Source: an uncultured Deinococcaceae bacterium | Lineage (GTDB): Bacteria > Deinococcota > Deinococci > Deinococcales > Deinococcaceae | Length of the DNA: 64,000 bases | Direction: 5' to 3' | Assembly (NCBI GenBank): GCA_964252075.1 | Contig: CAXULY010000009.1 | Span: 76,434-140,433 of the forward strand | Shown: one piece after another, positions 53,971 to 64,000 of the stretch | How the letters are laid out: each line of letters opens with the position of its first letter | Numbering within the stretch: position 1 is the first letter of the stretch | The notes under the pieces: generated by a model | Seen by the model: only the letters and a program-made list of their open reading frames with translations | The model's database searches: none | Told to the model about the DNA's origin: nothing | Made by a program: the position numbers and the translations under genes

Positions 53971-56900
53971 CGACAGGTGGCGGCGTGGGTGGGAGCGGCG
54001 AGGTGGACACCCTGTACATCCAGGTGATGACCCGCCTGGACGAAGTGAACCAGCAGCTGGACCAGCTGGGCAACGAGGCGGAGAAGAAGGGGGACGGCAT
54101 TGGCCGCCGCATCGGCGGGGCCATCGGCACCGGCCTGAAGGTCGTGGCGGGCGCCGCACTCGCCGTGGGGGCCGGGGTGGCCGCGTTCATCGCGGATGGC
54201 TTCCAGGGCGTGCAGGAAGGCCAGGACGCCGTGGCCCAGCTCGAGGCGGTCATCAAGTCCACCGGGAACGCGGCGGGCGTGTCCAGCCAGCACCTGCAGG
54301 ACTTCGCGGGCAGCATTCAGGAAACCACCAAGTTCACCGCCGAGGCCGTGAACGGTGCGCAGTCCATGCTGCTCACCTTCACGAACATCGGGGCCAAGGG
54401 CGGCATCTTCGATCAGGCGACGAAGACCGCGCTGGACATGGCGCAGGCGCTCGGCGGGGACGCCAGCCAGCAGGCGATGCAACTCGGTAAGGCGCTGAAC
54501 GATCCGGTGAAGGGCATCACGGCCCTCACACGCGTGGGCGTGACCTTCAGCGACGAGCAGAAGAAAACCATTGAAGCGCTCGTGAAGACCGGCGACGTGG
54601 CGGGCGCGCAGTCCGTGATCCTGAAGGAACTCAACAAGGAGTTCGGCGGGAGCGCCGAAGCGGCCGGCAAGACCTTCACCGGTCAGCTCACCCGCGCGCA
54701 GAACGCGCTGGGTGAGATCGGCGAGAGCATGGCGGGCAAGCTCATGCCGTACCTCCAGCAGTTCCTGGACTTCGTGCTGAAGCACATGCCGCAGATCAAC
54801 GACGTGATGGGCAAGGTGGCGGACGGCATTGGGCGCGCCATTGACTTCGTGGCGAAGAACATCGCGCCCGCCATTGGCGCGGCGGTGAAGCAGCTCACGC
54901 CCGTCTTCGACTACCTGAGCAAGAACCTCGTGCCGTTCCTGCTGAACGCCTTCCGAGAGTTTCAACCGACCTTCCAGCGCATCGCGGCGGTCTTCGGGGA
55001 CTTCGGGCGCCAGGCGCAGACGGGTGTGGGCGTGATCGGTCCCGTGGTCGAAAAGGTGTGGGCGGTGCTCCGCCCGATCTTCGCGGCGCTCGGCCCTCTC
55101 GTGGCCGCGGCCTTCGAGCTGATCCAGGCGGCGTGGAACAACGTGCTGCGGCCCGTGCTGACCGCCGTCGCGCCGTACTTCGAGGCGGTGTTCAAGGTGG
55201 TGGGGGTCGTGGTGCAGACCCTCGTGCGTGTGGTGACGGGCGTCATCCATGCCATCGCGGCGCTGTTCAAAGGGGACTTCCGCGAGGCCGGGAAGGCGTT
55301 CGAGGCCATCTGGGAGCAGCTGAAGGGCGCGGTCATCAAGATCATCGCCACGATGGGCCAGGGCATCATGGGCACCCTGAACAACATCCTGCCGGGCCTG
55401 CAGCGCATCGGCGCGAACATCCTGGATGGACTGGTGAACGGCCTGAAGGCGGGCCTCTCCCGCGTGGTCGACGCCGCCAAGAACATCGGCAGCAGCGTCA
55501 TCAACACCCTGAAGGGCGTGCTGGGCATCGCCAGCCCCTCGCGCGTCATGAAGGAACTCGGCGCGTTCACGTCTGAAGGGTTCGTGCAGGGCATCGGCAG
55601 CAAAGAGAAGGACGTGAAGGCCGCCGCGGTGAAGATCGGGCGGGACTTCACGGGCGCCCTGAAGGATTTGAAGCTGGAGCGCGAGCTGGGGAACATCGAC
55701 CTCAGCACCTACACCAGCACCCTGTCGCAGGTGGCGGCGAGCCTCAAGACGCAGCTGGGCACCGTGAAGGAAGGGACGCCCGCGTACAGCGCCTACGCGG
55801 CGCGCCTGGTGCAGGTCCAGAAGGAACTGACGTCCGTCACCGGCAAGACGGACACCGCCACGCAGTCCCAGCTGGCGAAGAACCGCGCGGACCTGGAAGC
55901 GAGTATCGCCCAGGACAAGTGGGTGGCGGGCCTGAAGAACGCCACCACCTCCCAGCTGCTGCACGCCCAGGCCACCGCCCGCGCGGCGGGCGAGCGCGAG
56001 AAATACGATGCCATCACCAGCGAACTGACCCGCCGAGAGGACGTGCACACCGCCGCGCTGGACAAGGCGCGGCAGGCCGTGAAGGACCAGGCCGACACGC
56101 TGGCGAAGAACCGCGCGACCCTCGAGGCGGGCCTGAAGTACGACGCGTGGGTGAAGGGCCTGGAGGGCTTCACGGACGCGCAGCTGGCGAGCGCCGCCGC
56201 TGCCGCCCGCGCCGCGGGGGACCAGCAGCGCTACAGCGCCGTCATGGACGTGGTGGCCCGCCGCGCGGACGATGCCCGGACCGCCCTGCAGGCGTACAAC
56301 GAAGCCTTGCGCCAGGGCACCGTGAACAGCGACGTGAGCCTGGGACAGGTGCTGAGCGACCCGAACGGCAACGCGGACGGCGCGCGCGGGTACACGCCGC
56401 CCCAGCGCGTCCAGCGGCTCAGCCTCCAGGACGTGCTGGACCGCGTGCCGCTCCCCGAGACGGAAGCGCAGGTGAAGAGCTTCACCGCCGCGCTTACCGA
56501 CCTCAACACCACCGGGCAGCTCCAGACGGGCGTTTTCGAGGACCTGATGCTGCTGCTCCCCAAGTTCGGGGACGGCGTGATTCATCTGGGGGACGCCTAC
56601 GCCGATCAGGAGCACTTCCTGGAGGACAACCTCAGCGCCTTCGACCAGCTGCGCGACGCCTACGCCAGCGGCCGCCTCAGCTCGCAGGAGCTGCATGACA
56701 AGGCGGTGGAACTCAGCGGCACCTTCGCGGGCCTCGCCGCGAACTTCGAGCGCATTGGGGACACGGACCTCGCGGACCTGTTCCGCCGGGCGGCGCGGGA
56801 AGCGCAGGGCCTCGCGGCGAGCGTCGCGCAGGCGGACGCCGGGTACAGCCACCTCACGCAGACCGTGGCGGCCTCGGAGGCGCTGCCCGTGCGGCGCGCG

Positions 56901-58619
56901 CCGCAGGCGCCCAGCGTGGCGGAGGGCGCGCCGGGCCGCGCCAGTCAGAACCGCCCCCCATCCACCTTCGAAGACGACGCCCCGCGCCGCGTCACCAGCT
57001 TCCACCGCAACGACGCGGACTTCCTGGCGCTGGGTGCCAGCACCCAGGAGGCCGGGCGCGGCGTGGAGGAACTGACGGCGGGCCTGGAGGCCATCACCCA
57101 GATCGACCTCAGCCAGAAGCTCGCCGAGTACACCGAGGGCCTGACGCACCTCACGGCGGGCGAGCTGGACGCGGCCCTCGCGGCGGCGAAAGCGAAGGGC
57201 GACTCCACCGCCTACGGGCTGATTCTCGCGCAGCAGAACCGGAACCTTCAGGACGCCACCCAGAAGACCGCCAGTTGGAACAGCATGCTGGCGCAGAACG
57301 CCTTCCAGAAGTGGTCCGCCGGGCTGGTCAAGATGTCCGACGCGCAGCTCGAGCAGGCGAAGGCCGCAGCGGAAGCCAGCCAGGACACGGAGCGGTACAG
57401 CGCCGTGCTGGCCGAACTGGCGCGCCGCCAGGAGTTCGCCAACAAACCCATCGTGGTGGGCATCCAGGCGGTCTCGCAACTCGCGGGCGCGTTCGCGGAG
57501 CTGGCGGGCGCCATCGGCGGGCCGGGCGGGAATGACCTTCAGGCGAACCTCTCCGGCTTCACGAACCTGCTGGGCAAGGGTCTGGCCATCGCCCAGGACT
57601 TCGCCAGCGGCAACATCGTTGGTGGCATCACCAAGGTCATTTCCCTCATCGCGGAGGCCATCGGCGGGTACCAGCGCGCCTACGCCGAAGCGGACCGGCT
57701 GCGCAAGCAGTTCGCGGACAGCATCAGCCCCCTGCTGAACCCGGAGGACTTCAGCAAGACCTTCGTGCGCTCACGTGGCCTGCTGGCGGATTTCTTCGCG
57801 GGCGGGCCCGAGGTGGTGCAGGAAATCGATAAGGTGGGCCTTCAGTTCGCGGAGAGCATCGCGGGCGGCATCGAGTCCGGCTTCAAGAACGGGCTGAAGA
57901 AGGCCATCCTCAGCGGCAACATCAACGACTTCCACGACACCTTCAAGCAGGAAGTGGGCAGCGGCATCCTGGACGGCATGATTGACGCCTTCCTGAAGCA
58001 GGCGGTGCTTCAGGAGTTGCTGGCCGGACCCATCAAGGCTTACGTGGAAGCCCTGAAGACCGCGGACCCGAACGATGATGTGGACGCGCTGAACAACCTG
58101 CTGAGCAAGACGGATGAAGCGATGGCCCTGGGGGACAAGTTCTTCGCGGGCATCCAGCCGGTGCGGGAGAAGCTGGCGGGCGCCGGGTACATCAGCGGCC
58201 CCGCGCCCGCCGGGTCCATCGCGGACCTCCAGTCGCAGCGCTCGCAGCTCCAGGCGCAGTTCGACCAGGCCACCACGGACAAGGACCGCCGCGACCTGAA
58301 GGCGAAAATTGACGAGCTGGACCGCAAAATCTCCGCGCTGCAAGGCCAGGACACCAGCAGCAGCGCCAGCACCAGCACCTCGAGCGGCAGCGGCCCCATC
58401 ACCATCTCCGGCGGCACGGCCGCCACGGACACCACCAGCAGCGGCACCATCAGCACCGCGCCCCTCACGGTGGACTTCTCCCCCATCACGCTGGGCGGGG
58501 CGGACATCAGGGCGGGCGGCGCGGACATCCGCGCGGGCGCCAGCGAGTTCCGGCAGGCCGTGAGCACCTTCATGAGCGGGAGGGGCAGCGACTGGACCCC
58601 GCTCAACACGCAGGGATAA
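53967..58619 (+). CDS. Tape measure protein
   Basis: 1550 aa helical protein; LGKALNDP..G..AL, aromatic-spaced repeats, LGIASPSRV. Confidence 0.92.
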   Translation: MTTGGGVGGSGEVDTLYIQVMTRLDEVNQQLDQLGNEAEKKGDGIGRRIGGAIGTGLKVVAGAALAVGAGVAAFIADGFQGVQEGQDAVAQLEAVIKSTGNAAGVSSQHLQDFAGSIQETTKFTAEAVNGAQSMLLTFTNIGAKGGIFDQATKTALDMAQALGGDASQQAMQLGKALNDPVKGITALTRVGVTFSDEQKKTIEALVKTGDVAGAQSVILKELNKEFGGSAEAAGKTFTGQLTRAQNALGEIGESMAGKLMPYLQQFLDFVLKHMPQINDVMGKVADGIGRAIDFVAKNIAPAIGAAVKQLTPVFDYLSKNLVPFLLNAFREFQPTFQRIAAVFGDFGRQAQTGVGVIGPVVEKVWAVLRPIFAALGPLVAAAFELIQAAWNNVLRPVLTAVAPYFEAVFKVVGVVVQTLVRVVTGVIHAIAALFKGDFREAGKAFEAIWEQLKGAVIKIIATMGQGIMGTLNNILPGLQRIGANILDGLVNGLKAGLSRVVDAAKNIGSSVINTLKGVLGIASPSRVMKELGAFTSEGFVQGIGSKEKDVKAAAVKIGRDFTGALKDLKLERELGNIDLSTYTSTLSQVAASLKTQLGTVKEGTPAYSAYAARLVQVQKELTSVTGKTDTATQSQLAKNRADLEASIAQDKWVAGLKNATTSQLLHAQATARAAGEREKYDAITSELTRREDVHTAALDKARQAVKDQADTLAKNRATLEAGLKYDAWVKGLEGFTDAQLASAAAAARAAGDQQRYSAVMDVVARRADDARTALQAYNEALRQGTVNSDVSLGQVLSDPNGNADGARGYTPPQRVQRLSLQDVLDRVPLPETEAQVKSFTAALTDLNTTGQLQTGVFEDLMLLLPKFGDGVIHLGDAYADQEHFLEDNLSAFDQLRDAYASGRLSSQELHDKAVELSGTFAGLAANFERIGDTDLADLFRRAAREAQGLAASVAQADAGYSHLTQTVAASEALPVRRAPQAPSVAEGAPGRASQNRPPSTFEDDAPRRVTSFHRNDADFLALGASTQEAGRGVEELTAGLEAITQIDLSQKLAEYTEGLTHLTAGELDAALAAAKAKGDSTAYGLILAQQNRNLQDATQKTASWNSMLAQNAFQKWSAGLVKMSDAQLEQAKAAAEASQDTERYSAVLAELARRQEFANKPIVVGIQAVSQLAGAFAELAGAIGGPGGNDLQANLSGFTNLLGKGLAIAQDFASGNIVGGITKVISLIAEAIGGYQRAYAEADRLRKQFADSISPLLNPEDFSKTFVRSRGLLADFFAGGPEVVQEIDKVGLQFAESIAGGIESGFKNGLKKAILSGNINDFHDTFKQEVGSGILDGMIDAFLKQAVLQELLAGPIKAYVEALKTADPNDDVDALNNLLSKTDEAMALGDKFFAGIQPVREKLAGAGYISGPAPAGSIADLQSQRSQLQAQFDQATTDKDRRDLKAKIDELDRKISALQGQDTSSSASTSTSSGSGPITISGGTAATDTTSSGTISTAPLTVDFSPITLGGADIRAGGADIRAGASEFRQAVSTFMSGRGSDWTPLNTQG

Positions 58620-58626
58620 GGACACC

Positions 58627-60159
58627 ATGACCAGAACCGTACTCGCGGGCGGGGCGGGCGCGCAGCTGTGGCGCGTCACCCGCCTCTATGTGGAGCTGTT
58701 CCCCGACACCATCTGGCCCCCCACCGGCCCCAGCGAGGTGTGGGCCCAGCACGTCACCGCCTACAACCTGCCCGGCGGGAAGCTCGGCGCGTGCCTGGAT
58801 GGCAGCCTCACCGTCACGCTGGACCCGCGCGCGGCCCTGCCGGGCGGCTTCACGGCCACCGCGTTTGGGGCGCGCTGCGACCTCGCGCCGTTCAGCCGCC
58901 TGCTGCGCGTCATCGCGGTGCTGCCGAACGGCGATGAGGTGGTGATCCACACGGCGGGCCTGGGCCTCGTGAAGCCCACCGCGCCCAACACCTTCGAGGT
59001 GCAGCTGCTGGACCCGGCGAGCTTCTGGAAGGACGAATACACGCCGGACACCACCACCCCCAACCCGCTGCCCACCAGCAGCCCCTACACCACGCCAGGG
59101 CGCGTCTTCGGGTCGTACAGCGGCCCCACGGACGGCAACTGGACGCCCCTCACCAGCTTTGCGGAGTGGTGGCAGACGGCCTTCCAGAACTTCCCGGACG
59201 CGGAGCTGGGCGTGGGGCCTGACCTCGTGTGGCTGGCGGGGCGCCCCAACCTCGCGCCCGGCGCGCTGGCCTACGCGCTGGATTACCGCGCCACGAACCT
59301 GCAGAGCCAGGGGCAGGAAATTCCGCCGTACCTGACGCGCGTGCGGCGCTGGACGCCCGGGAACGGTGTGTACACCGCACCGACGCTGGACAACCCGCGC
59401 GCCGTGGGGCTCTTCACGCCGCGTCGCGTGGGGGACGTGCAGGGCAGCGTGAACGCCGTCACCAGCACCATCAACTCCGACTGGACCGGCACGCTGACGG
59501 GCGCGAACTTCAGCATGAGTGGCGTCAACAGCGCGGGCGCGCAGTGGCGCGGCAACCTGCCGAGCCTGGGCTCCAACGAGAGCCTGCAAGCGGCCAGCGT
59601 GTCCCTGAACGCCAGCGTGTTCACCGTGACCGCGCCCATCACCGTGCGGCTCTACATGCAGCAGCATTACCCCAACGGCAGCTTTGGGACGATTGGCCAG
59701 CGGGAAATCGAGATCACCCGCCCCTGGGGCGAAGTCGTGAAGTTCGACCCCAGCCCCAAGGCGCTGGCGGGCGCGGATTACGTGATCGCCGCGGTGGTGG
59801 TCATCGGGTCCAACGCGAGCAGCGTGGCGCAGGGCAGCGTCAGCTTCGCCGAAGCCAGCTACACCATCAACCGCACCACGTACAGCGCGAGTTACGGCGC
59901 GGACCCCGTGGGCCTCCAGTACCCCTTCACCACCGCCGCCAGCTGGACGTTCCGCCTGCCGGGCGTGCACCGAGGGCCACTCGCCGTGTCCGGCGGACCC
60001 ATCGCGGGCACGCAGTACGCGACCACCATCACCACGGTGGACGCGCAGGGCGTGTGGACGGAGGTGCGGTGCGGGCCACTCCCCTACCAGTCCAGCCCGC
60101 TCAAGCTCACGCCTGGCGGCTTCATCCGCGCGCGCGGCAAAGGAGGACTCAACCGATGA
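58627..60159 (+). CDS. Minor tail protein
   Basis: After TMP; beta-rich. Confidence 0.65.
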   Translation: MTRTVLAGGAGAQLWRVTRLYVELFPDTIWPPTGPSEVWAQHVTAYNLPGGKLGACLDGSLTVTLDPRAALPGGFTATAFGARCDLAPFSRLLRVIAVLPNGDEVVIHTAGLGLVKPTAPNTFEVQLLDPASFWKDEYTPDTTTPNPLPTSSPYTTPGRVFGSYSGPTDGNWTPLTSFAEWWQTAFQNFPDAELGVGPDLVWLAGRPNLAPGALAYALDYRATNLQSQGQEIPPYLTRVRRWTPGNGVYTAPTLDNPRAVGLFTPRRVGDVQGSVNAVTSTINSDWTGTLTGANFSMSGVNSAGAQWRGNLPSLGSNESLQAASVSLNASVFTVTAPITVRLYMQQHYPNGSFGTIGQREIEITRPWGEVVKFDPSPKALAGADYVIAAVVVIGSNASSVAQGSVSFAEASYTINRTTYSASYGADPVGLQYPFTTAASWTFRLPGVHRGPLAVSGGPIAGTQYATTITTVDAQGVWTEVRCGPLPYQSSPLKLTPGGFIRARGKGGLNR

Positions 60160-60581
60160 GAGAGCGCTACCACCTGGTGGACGCGCAGGGCGTGGGCGTG
60201 CTGGTGCCCGCCCGTGGGCGCCCGGACCGCCTAGCGCCCACCTCGCCCGGCATCACGCAGGCCCGCAGTTACGGGTATGAGCAGGGCATCCGCCCAGATG
60301 ACCGGCTGGGCACCATTGAGAACATCACCCTCACGTGGCGGGAGGAGGAACAGGCGACGGAGGCGCTGCTGGAGGTGCGGCTGAGGATGTGGCAGGCGGC
60401 GGCGCGCGCGGCGGTGTGGCTGACCCGCGCCGGCCGCGGGGCGCTGCCCATCAACGGCGGCTTCATCACCGCCACGCCGCTCGAAGGGGAGGACGGCAGC
60501 AACTTCGCGCTGGTCACCCTCACCGTGGCGAGCGCCCGCACCAGCGCGGTGGGGACGGACCTCCAGGCGGTGTTCTTCTAA
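60156..60581 (+). CDS. Minor tail protein (hypothetical)
   Basis: AGGAGG SD; coupled. Confidence 0.6.
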   Translation: MRERYHLVDAQGVGVLVPARGRPDRLAPTSPGITQARSYGYEQGIRPDDRLGTIENITLTWREEEQATEALLEVRLRMWQAAARAAVWLTRAGRGALPINGGFITATPLEGEDGSNFALVTLTVASARTSAVGTDLQAVFF

Positions 60582-61903
60582 TGGCCAGCCTCACCGTGGT
60601 GGGCGCGCCCCTCGTGCAATCCGGCGCGCCGGACAGCGCCACCCTGCGCGCCGAGTACCCCGCGCAGTACAGCGACGGCGCGGGCCGCGCGGCCATCGCC
60701 GTGTATGTGGGCAGCTGGACGGCGGGCACGGGCTGGCGGGACCTGACGAACACCGCGAACCCTTTCACCCTGCCGGGCGCGGTGGTGCCGGGGGACGCGG
60801 TGGTGGATGTGACCTTCACGGAAACCATCACCTATGCGGGCGTGCCGCGCGCGCGGACGTGGGTGGGCAAGGTGTACGCGAACGTCACGGGGAACGCCTC
60901 CCAGTTCGACTACACGCTGCCGCAGACCGTGCTGAGCGTCCTGAACGGCTCGGAGCTGCAGACGGCCCTGCTGAGCGTCCCTGGCGCTGTGACGGCAGCC
61001 AATGCGGGCGCCGCAGCCGCCAGCGCGGCGGCCACCTCCGCGAACACGGCGGCCACCAGCGCCACCAATGCCGCGGCCTCCGCGAACAACGCGGCCACCA
61101 GCGCGACGAACGCCGCGCAGGACGCCAGCACCCAGGCCGGGTACGCCCACACGCAGGGCGATTACGCGAAGGCCCAGGGGGACGCCGCTGCCGCCGTGGT
61201 GAACATGTCCTACGCGACGAACGCGGGCAGCCTGGGCGGCGTGCTGGCCAGCAAGTACGCCCGCACGGACGCGGCCTCCAACTTCCTGAACGGGCTTCAG
61301 GTGAACGGTTTCGCCGTGTGGCACGTGGGGAACTTCGACCCCAGCACGAAGCTGAACGCCAGCGCGCGCGGCGTCGTGAACGGCGTGGCGGGCCTGGACG
61401 CCAACGGGCAGGTGCCCACCGCGCAGCTGCCCACGAACCTGCAGAACGTGGCGAGTGTGCTGGGGCGCCTCACCAGCGACGTCACCGTGACCGCCGCCGC
61501 CAACACGCAGCAAGCGGCCTTCACCATCAACGTCCCGGCGGGCAGCCTGCCGCAGAACGCCACCATCCGCGTCACGGTGTGGGGCACCCTCAACCAATCC
61601 ACGGGCGGCACGGGCGGCGGCGCGACCGTCACCGTTGGCGGCGCCTCGATTGGCCTTAACTTCACCACCGCGCTCAGCAACACCCAGCCGTGGGTGCTGG
61701 AGGGCCTCATCCAGCTGCAGGGCGGCACCGCCCAGCGCTCGCAGGGCTTCGCGCAGCACGGCACGGCGGCGGGCGTCATCAACTCGGGGACCGGCGCCGC
61801 GAACTTCAACACGACCGCGCAGACCATCACCGTCAATGTGTCGCGTGCGAGCGGCCTGGCCACCCTCGTGGTGCAGGGCGCCCTAATCGAACTCGTTCCC
61901 TGA
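60581..61903 (+). CDS. Tail fibre / receptor-binding protein
   Basis: Ala/Ser/Thr coiled stalk; VWHVGNFDP, NGVAGLDANGQVP fibre motifs; beta-sandwich C-terminus. Confidence 0.8.
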   Translation: MASLTVVGAPLVQSGAPDSATLRAEYPAQYSDGAGRAAIAVYVGSWTAGTGWRDLTNTANPFTLPGAVVPGDAVVDVTFTETITYAGVPRARTWVGKVYANVTGNASQFDYTLPQTVLSVLNGSELQTALLSVPGAVTAANAGAAAASAAATSANTAATSATNAAASANNAATSATNAAQDASTQAGYAHTQGDYAKAQGDAAAAVVNMSYATNAGSLGGVLASKYARTDAASNFLNGLQVNGFAVWHVGNFDPSTKLNASARGVVNGVAGLDANGQVPTAQLPTNLQNVASVLGRLTSDVTVTAAANTQQAAFTINVPAGSLPQNATIRVTVWGTLNQSTGGTGGGATVTVGGASIGLNFTTALSNTQPWVLEGLIQLQGGTAQRSQGFAQHGTAAGVINSGTGAANFNTTAQTITVNVSRASGLATLVVQGALIELVP

Positions 61904-61917
61904 CCCTGGAGGTCCGC

Positions 61918-62322
61918 ATGATCACCCTGGCCCTGGCCCTCACCCTCGCGGTGGGGGCCAACGACATTCCCGCGCTGCCCCCCTCCAGCTGGCGGGCTGA
62001 GGTTGCGGTCGCGCCGCAGATCCTGCCCGCTGGTCCGCCGCTGTGCCACGTGCAGGCCTACGCCCGGCCCGTCGCGTGGAACTCCGACCTGAGCGGCCTC
62101 CCCTGGCGGTACCTGGTCGTGCAGACCACGCCGGACTGCCCAGCGGGCGGCGAGGCGCGCGTGCGGCTCACGCACTACGGCGGGCGGTACCCGGGCGCGC
62201 CCGTGGTCATCCAGCAGGGCCTCACCACCACCTTCGGTCCCGTCCCCCTGGCGCGCGGCCTGGAGTGGCTGAGCCCCACCAACGTCCCCTACGCCGTCCG
62301 CATCAGTCCAGGAGAGCCATGA
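61918..62322 (+). CDS. Hypothetical exported protein
   Basis: GGAGG SD; hydrophobic N-terminus; two Cys. Confidence 0.6.
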   Translation: MITLALALTLAVGANDIPALPPSSWRAEVAVAPQILPAGPPLCHVQAYARPVAWNSDLSGLPWRYLVVQTTPDCPAGGEARVRLTHYGGRYPGAPVVIQQGLTTTFGPVPLARGLEWLSPTNVPYAVRISPGEP

Positions 62323-62334
62323 GGAGGGCCGACC

Positions 62335-62547
62335 TTGAAACTCACCGACCCGCTCATGCTGATCACGCTGCTGCTGGCGGCGCTGCTGCTCATCGTGTTC
62401 CTGCGGTTCGCCTTCACCGGCGACCTGAACCAGGACGCGATGAAGGCACTCTTCGCCGCACTCGGCGTGCTGCTGCCGATCCTCGCCGCTCGGCGCAAGA
62501 AAAAGGATGGTGACGATGATGAACCCGACCCCCCCGCCGCTCACTGA
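62335..62547 (+). CDS. 2-TM holin-like protein
   Basis: GAGGAGG SD; two TM and a charged tail RRKKKDGDDD. Confidence 0.6.
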   Translation: MKLTDPLMLITLLLAALLLIVFLRFAFTGDLNQDAMKALFAALGVLLPILAARRKKKDGDDDEPDPPAAH

Positions 62548-62857
62548 CATTGCGGGCGTCGCCATCTGGGGCTGGTACCTGCTGGCCGCGTTCGGCGCCG
62601 CCACCAACCTGGCCATCTACCTGTGGCGCGTGCACCCGCCGCGCCGCTCCTGGCGGGTGCTGGCCGTCATGATCGCGGTGGTGCTCGCCGCGTACCTCGT
62701 GGCGTACCTGCTGGACATTCCCAGCATCGTGGCGGTCCTGAACAACAGCTATGAGGACATCCCGCCGGTGAGCAACTGGCGCACGGGCTTCGCGGCGTTT
62801 CTGTGGTCCGCGGCGTGGTACGGCATCCCGATCATCGCGTGCCGGAGGTCCAAGTGA
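62507..62857 (+). CDS. 3-TM membrane protein (lysis region)
   Basis: Hydrophobic segments; several possible starts. Confidence 0.6.
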   Translation: MVTMMNPTPPPLTDIAGVAIWGWYLLAAFGAATNLAIYLWRVHPPRRSWRVLAVMIAVVLAAYLVAYLLDIPSIVAVLNNSYEDIPPVSNWRTGFAAFLWSAAWYGIPIIACRRSK

Positions 62858-63207
62858 TCGCCGCGTGGATTGGGGCGCTGGCCATCGGCGCGCAGGCGCT
62901 CGCGCTGGGGCTGGGGGTGGGCGAGGTGTGGCGCGCGCTGGGTCGCTGGTGGTGGGCGCTGCCCGGCGGCGGGCTGGCGCTCTACATCGCGGTCAGCGTG
63001 GGTTTCCCGCCGCAGGCCGTGCGCGCGTTGAAGGGGAAGGAAGCTTACCTGCTGAGCGACGCGCTGCGCGGGCTGGTGTTCGTGCTGGCCACCATCGCGG
63101 CGCTGAGCCTGCTGCGGCGCGCCGTCGCGCACTGGCGGCAACGTGCGGAGCGCGCAGAGCGTGAGCTGCTGGAGCTTCAACGCAAGCAGGGGCAGGTGTG
63201 GGAATGA
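62854..63207 (+). CDS. 3-TM membrane protein with a coiled-coil tail
   Basis: GGAGG SD; coupled. Confidence 0.6.
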   Translation: MIAAWIGALAIGAQALALGLGVGEVWRALGRWWWALPGGGLALYIAVSVGFPPQAVRALKGKEAYLLSDALRGLVFVLATIAALSLLRRAVAHWRQRAERAERELLELQRKQGQVWE

Positions 63208-63488
63208 TCTTCGCCTTCGTGCTCATCGTGGGGGTGCTGATCGGGCACCTGCTGACCCGGCGCGCGTTCGCAGCGGTGGTCGTGCCCCCACGCACGCGCG
63301 TGCTGGACGCCATCACGGCGGGCAACTGCTACGGCTTTGACATCGCGGAAGCTTCGCGCGTGGGCACCGGCAGCCTGTACGCCATCCTGCACGCCCTGGA
63401 GGAAGAGGGCGTCATCACGGGCGACTGGGAGCCGCCCCGCGCGGACGGCAAGCGCCAGCGCTACACCTACCGGAGGGCACCTGCATGA
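63204..63488 (+). CDS. Membrane-anchored PadR-like wHTH protein
   Basis: TM, then YGFDIA...GSLYAILHALEEEGVITGDW...RQRYTY. Confidence 0.65.
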   Translation: MIFAFVLIVGVLIGHLLTRRAFAAVVVPPRTRVLDAITAGNCYGFDIAEASRVGTGSLYAILHALEEEGVITGDWEPPRADGKRQRYTYRRAPA

Positions 63489-64000
63489 ATGACACCCGAT
63501 CACAGGACCAGCGCGACTTCGAGCGCGCCCTGGCCGCCACGCTCCGCTATGAGGGCGGGTACAGCAACCACCCGAAGGACCCGGGCGGCGCGACCATGAA
63601 GGGCGTCACGCAGGCCACCTTCTGGAAGTACCTGCACGACCTGGGCAAGCCCATGCGCGACGTGCGGACCATCACGGACGCTGAGCTGCGCGACATCTAC
63701 CGCTCCCGGTACTGGGAGCCCGTCACGGTGGGGCGGCAGTGGCCGCTGAACGCGGTGCTCTTCGACGTGGCGGTGAACAGCGGGACCGGCACGGCGCTGT
63801 GGATGCTGGACCAGGCGCGGCCCAAGGTCTCGCCCACCCACCCGGAGCGCATGCGGGCGCTCGCCGTGAAGGTGCTCGAGGTGCGGGAACAGTTCTTCCG
63901 GGACCTCGTGAAGCGCCGCCCCACCAGCGTGGTGTTCCTGAAGGGGTGGCTGCGGCGCGTCGCCGAGCAGCGCGCCCTGGCCAGCACCAGCAACACCTGA
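63485..64000 (+). CDS. Endolysin, glycoside hydrolase family 108
   Basis: EGGYSNHPKDPGGATMKGVT, FDVAVNSG, FLKGWLRR. Confidence 0.92.
   Translation: MNDTRSQDQRDFERALAATLRYEGGYSNHPKDPGGATMKGVTQATFWKYLHDLGKPMRDVRTITDAELRDIYRSRYWEPVTVGRQWPLNAVLFDVAVNSGTGTALWMLDQARPKVSPTHPERMRALAVKVLEVREQFFRDLVKRRPTSVVFLKGWLRRVAEQRALASTSNT

Larger units (their letters stand above)
30578..64000. mobile_element. Siphovirus-like temperate prophage integrated in comEC; right end beyond the window
   Basis: Canonical order: integrase, immunity, replication, terminase, portal, protease, capsid, tail, TMP, fibre, lysis. Confidence 0.95.

Noticed and set aside
60581..61903. Diversity-generating retroelement or invertible tail-fibre cassette
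   Set aside because: No reverse transcriptase, TR/VR pair or invertase in the window

Overview
High-GC bacterial chromosome segment, most likely Deinococcus (many genes start 6-7 nt after a TAnnnT -10 box with no SD; comEA-comEC layout; IrrE/DdrO-like proteins). Positions 1-30.5 kb are ordinary host genes: MFS/MarR, YhgE/Pip with TetR, ThuA plus oxidoreductase, E1 alpha/beta, ppk1, fabF, plsC, fumC, a K+/H+ antiporter, a histidine kinase, two tRNAs, a glycosyltransferase cluster, and comEA-comEC. From about 30,577 to beyond the window end lies a siphovirus-type prophage. It carries a large serine integrase and sits inside comEC, cutting the ORF at the metal-binding motif of the metallo-beta-lactamase domain. 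Its immunity operon encodes a DdrO-like XRE repressor and an IrrE-like metalloprotease. Its early region encodes a type IV prepilin-like protein, in frame behind RusA, and a PAPS-reductase-fold/ASCH pair. The leading hypothesis (inference) is a phage that controls host DNA uptake through a stress-sensing IrrE/DdrO-type switch. Family calls come from motifs and recalled sequences; no database search was run. attR and the 3' part of comEC are outside the window.
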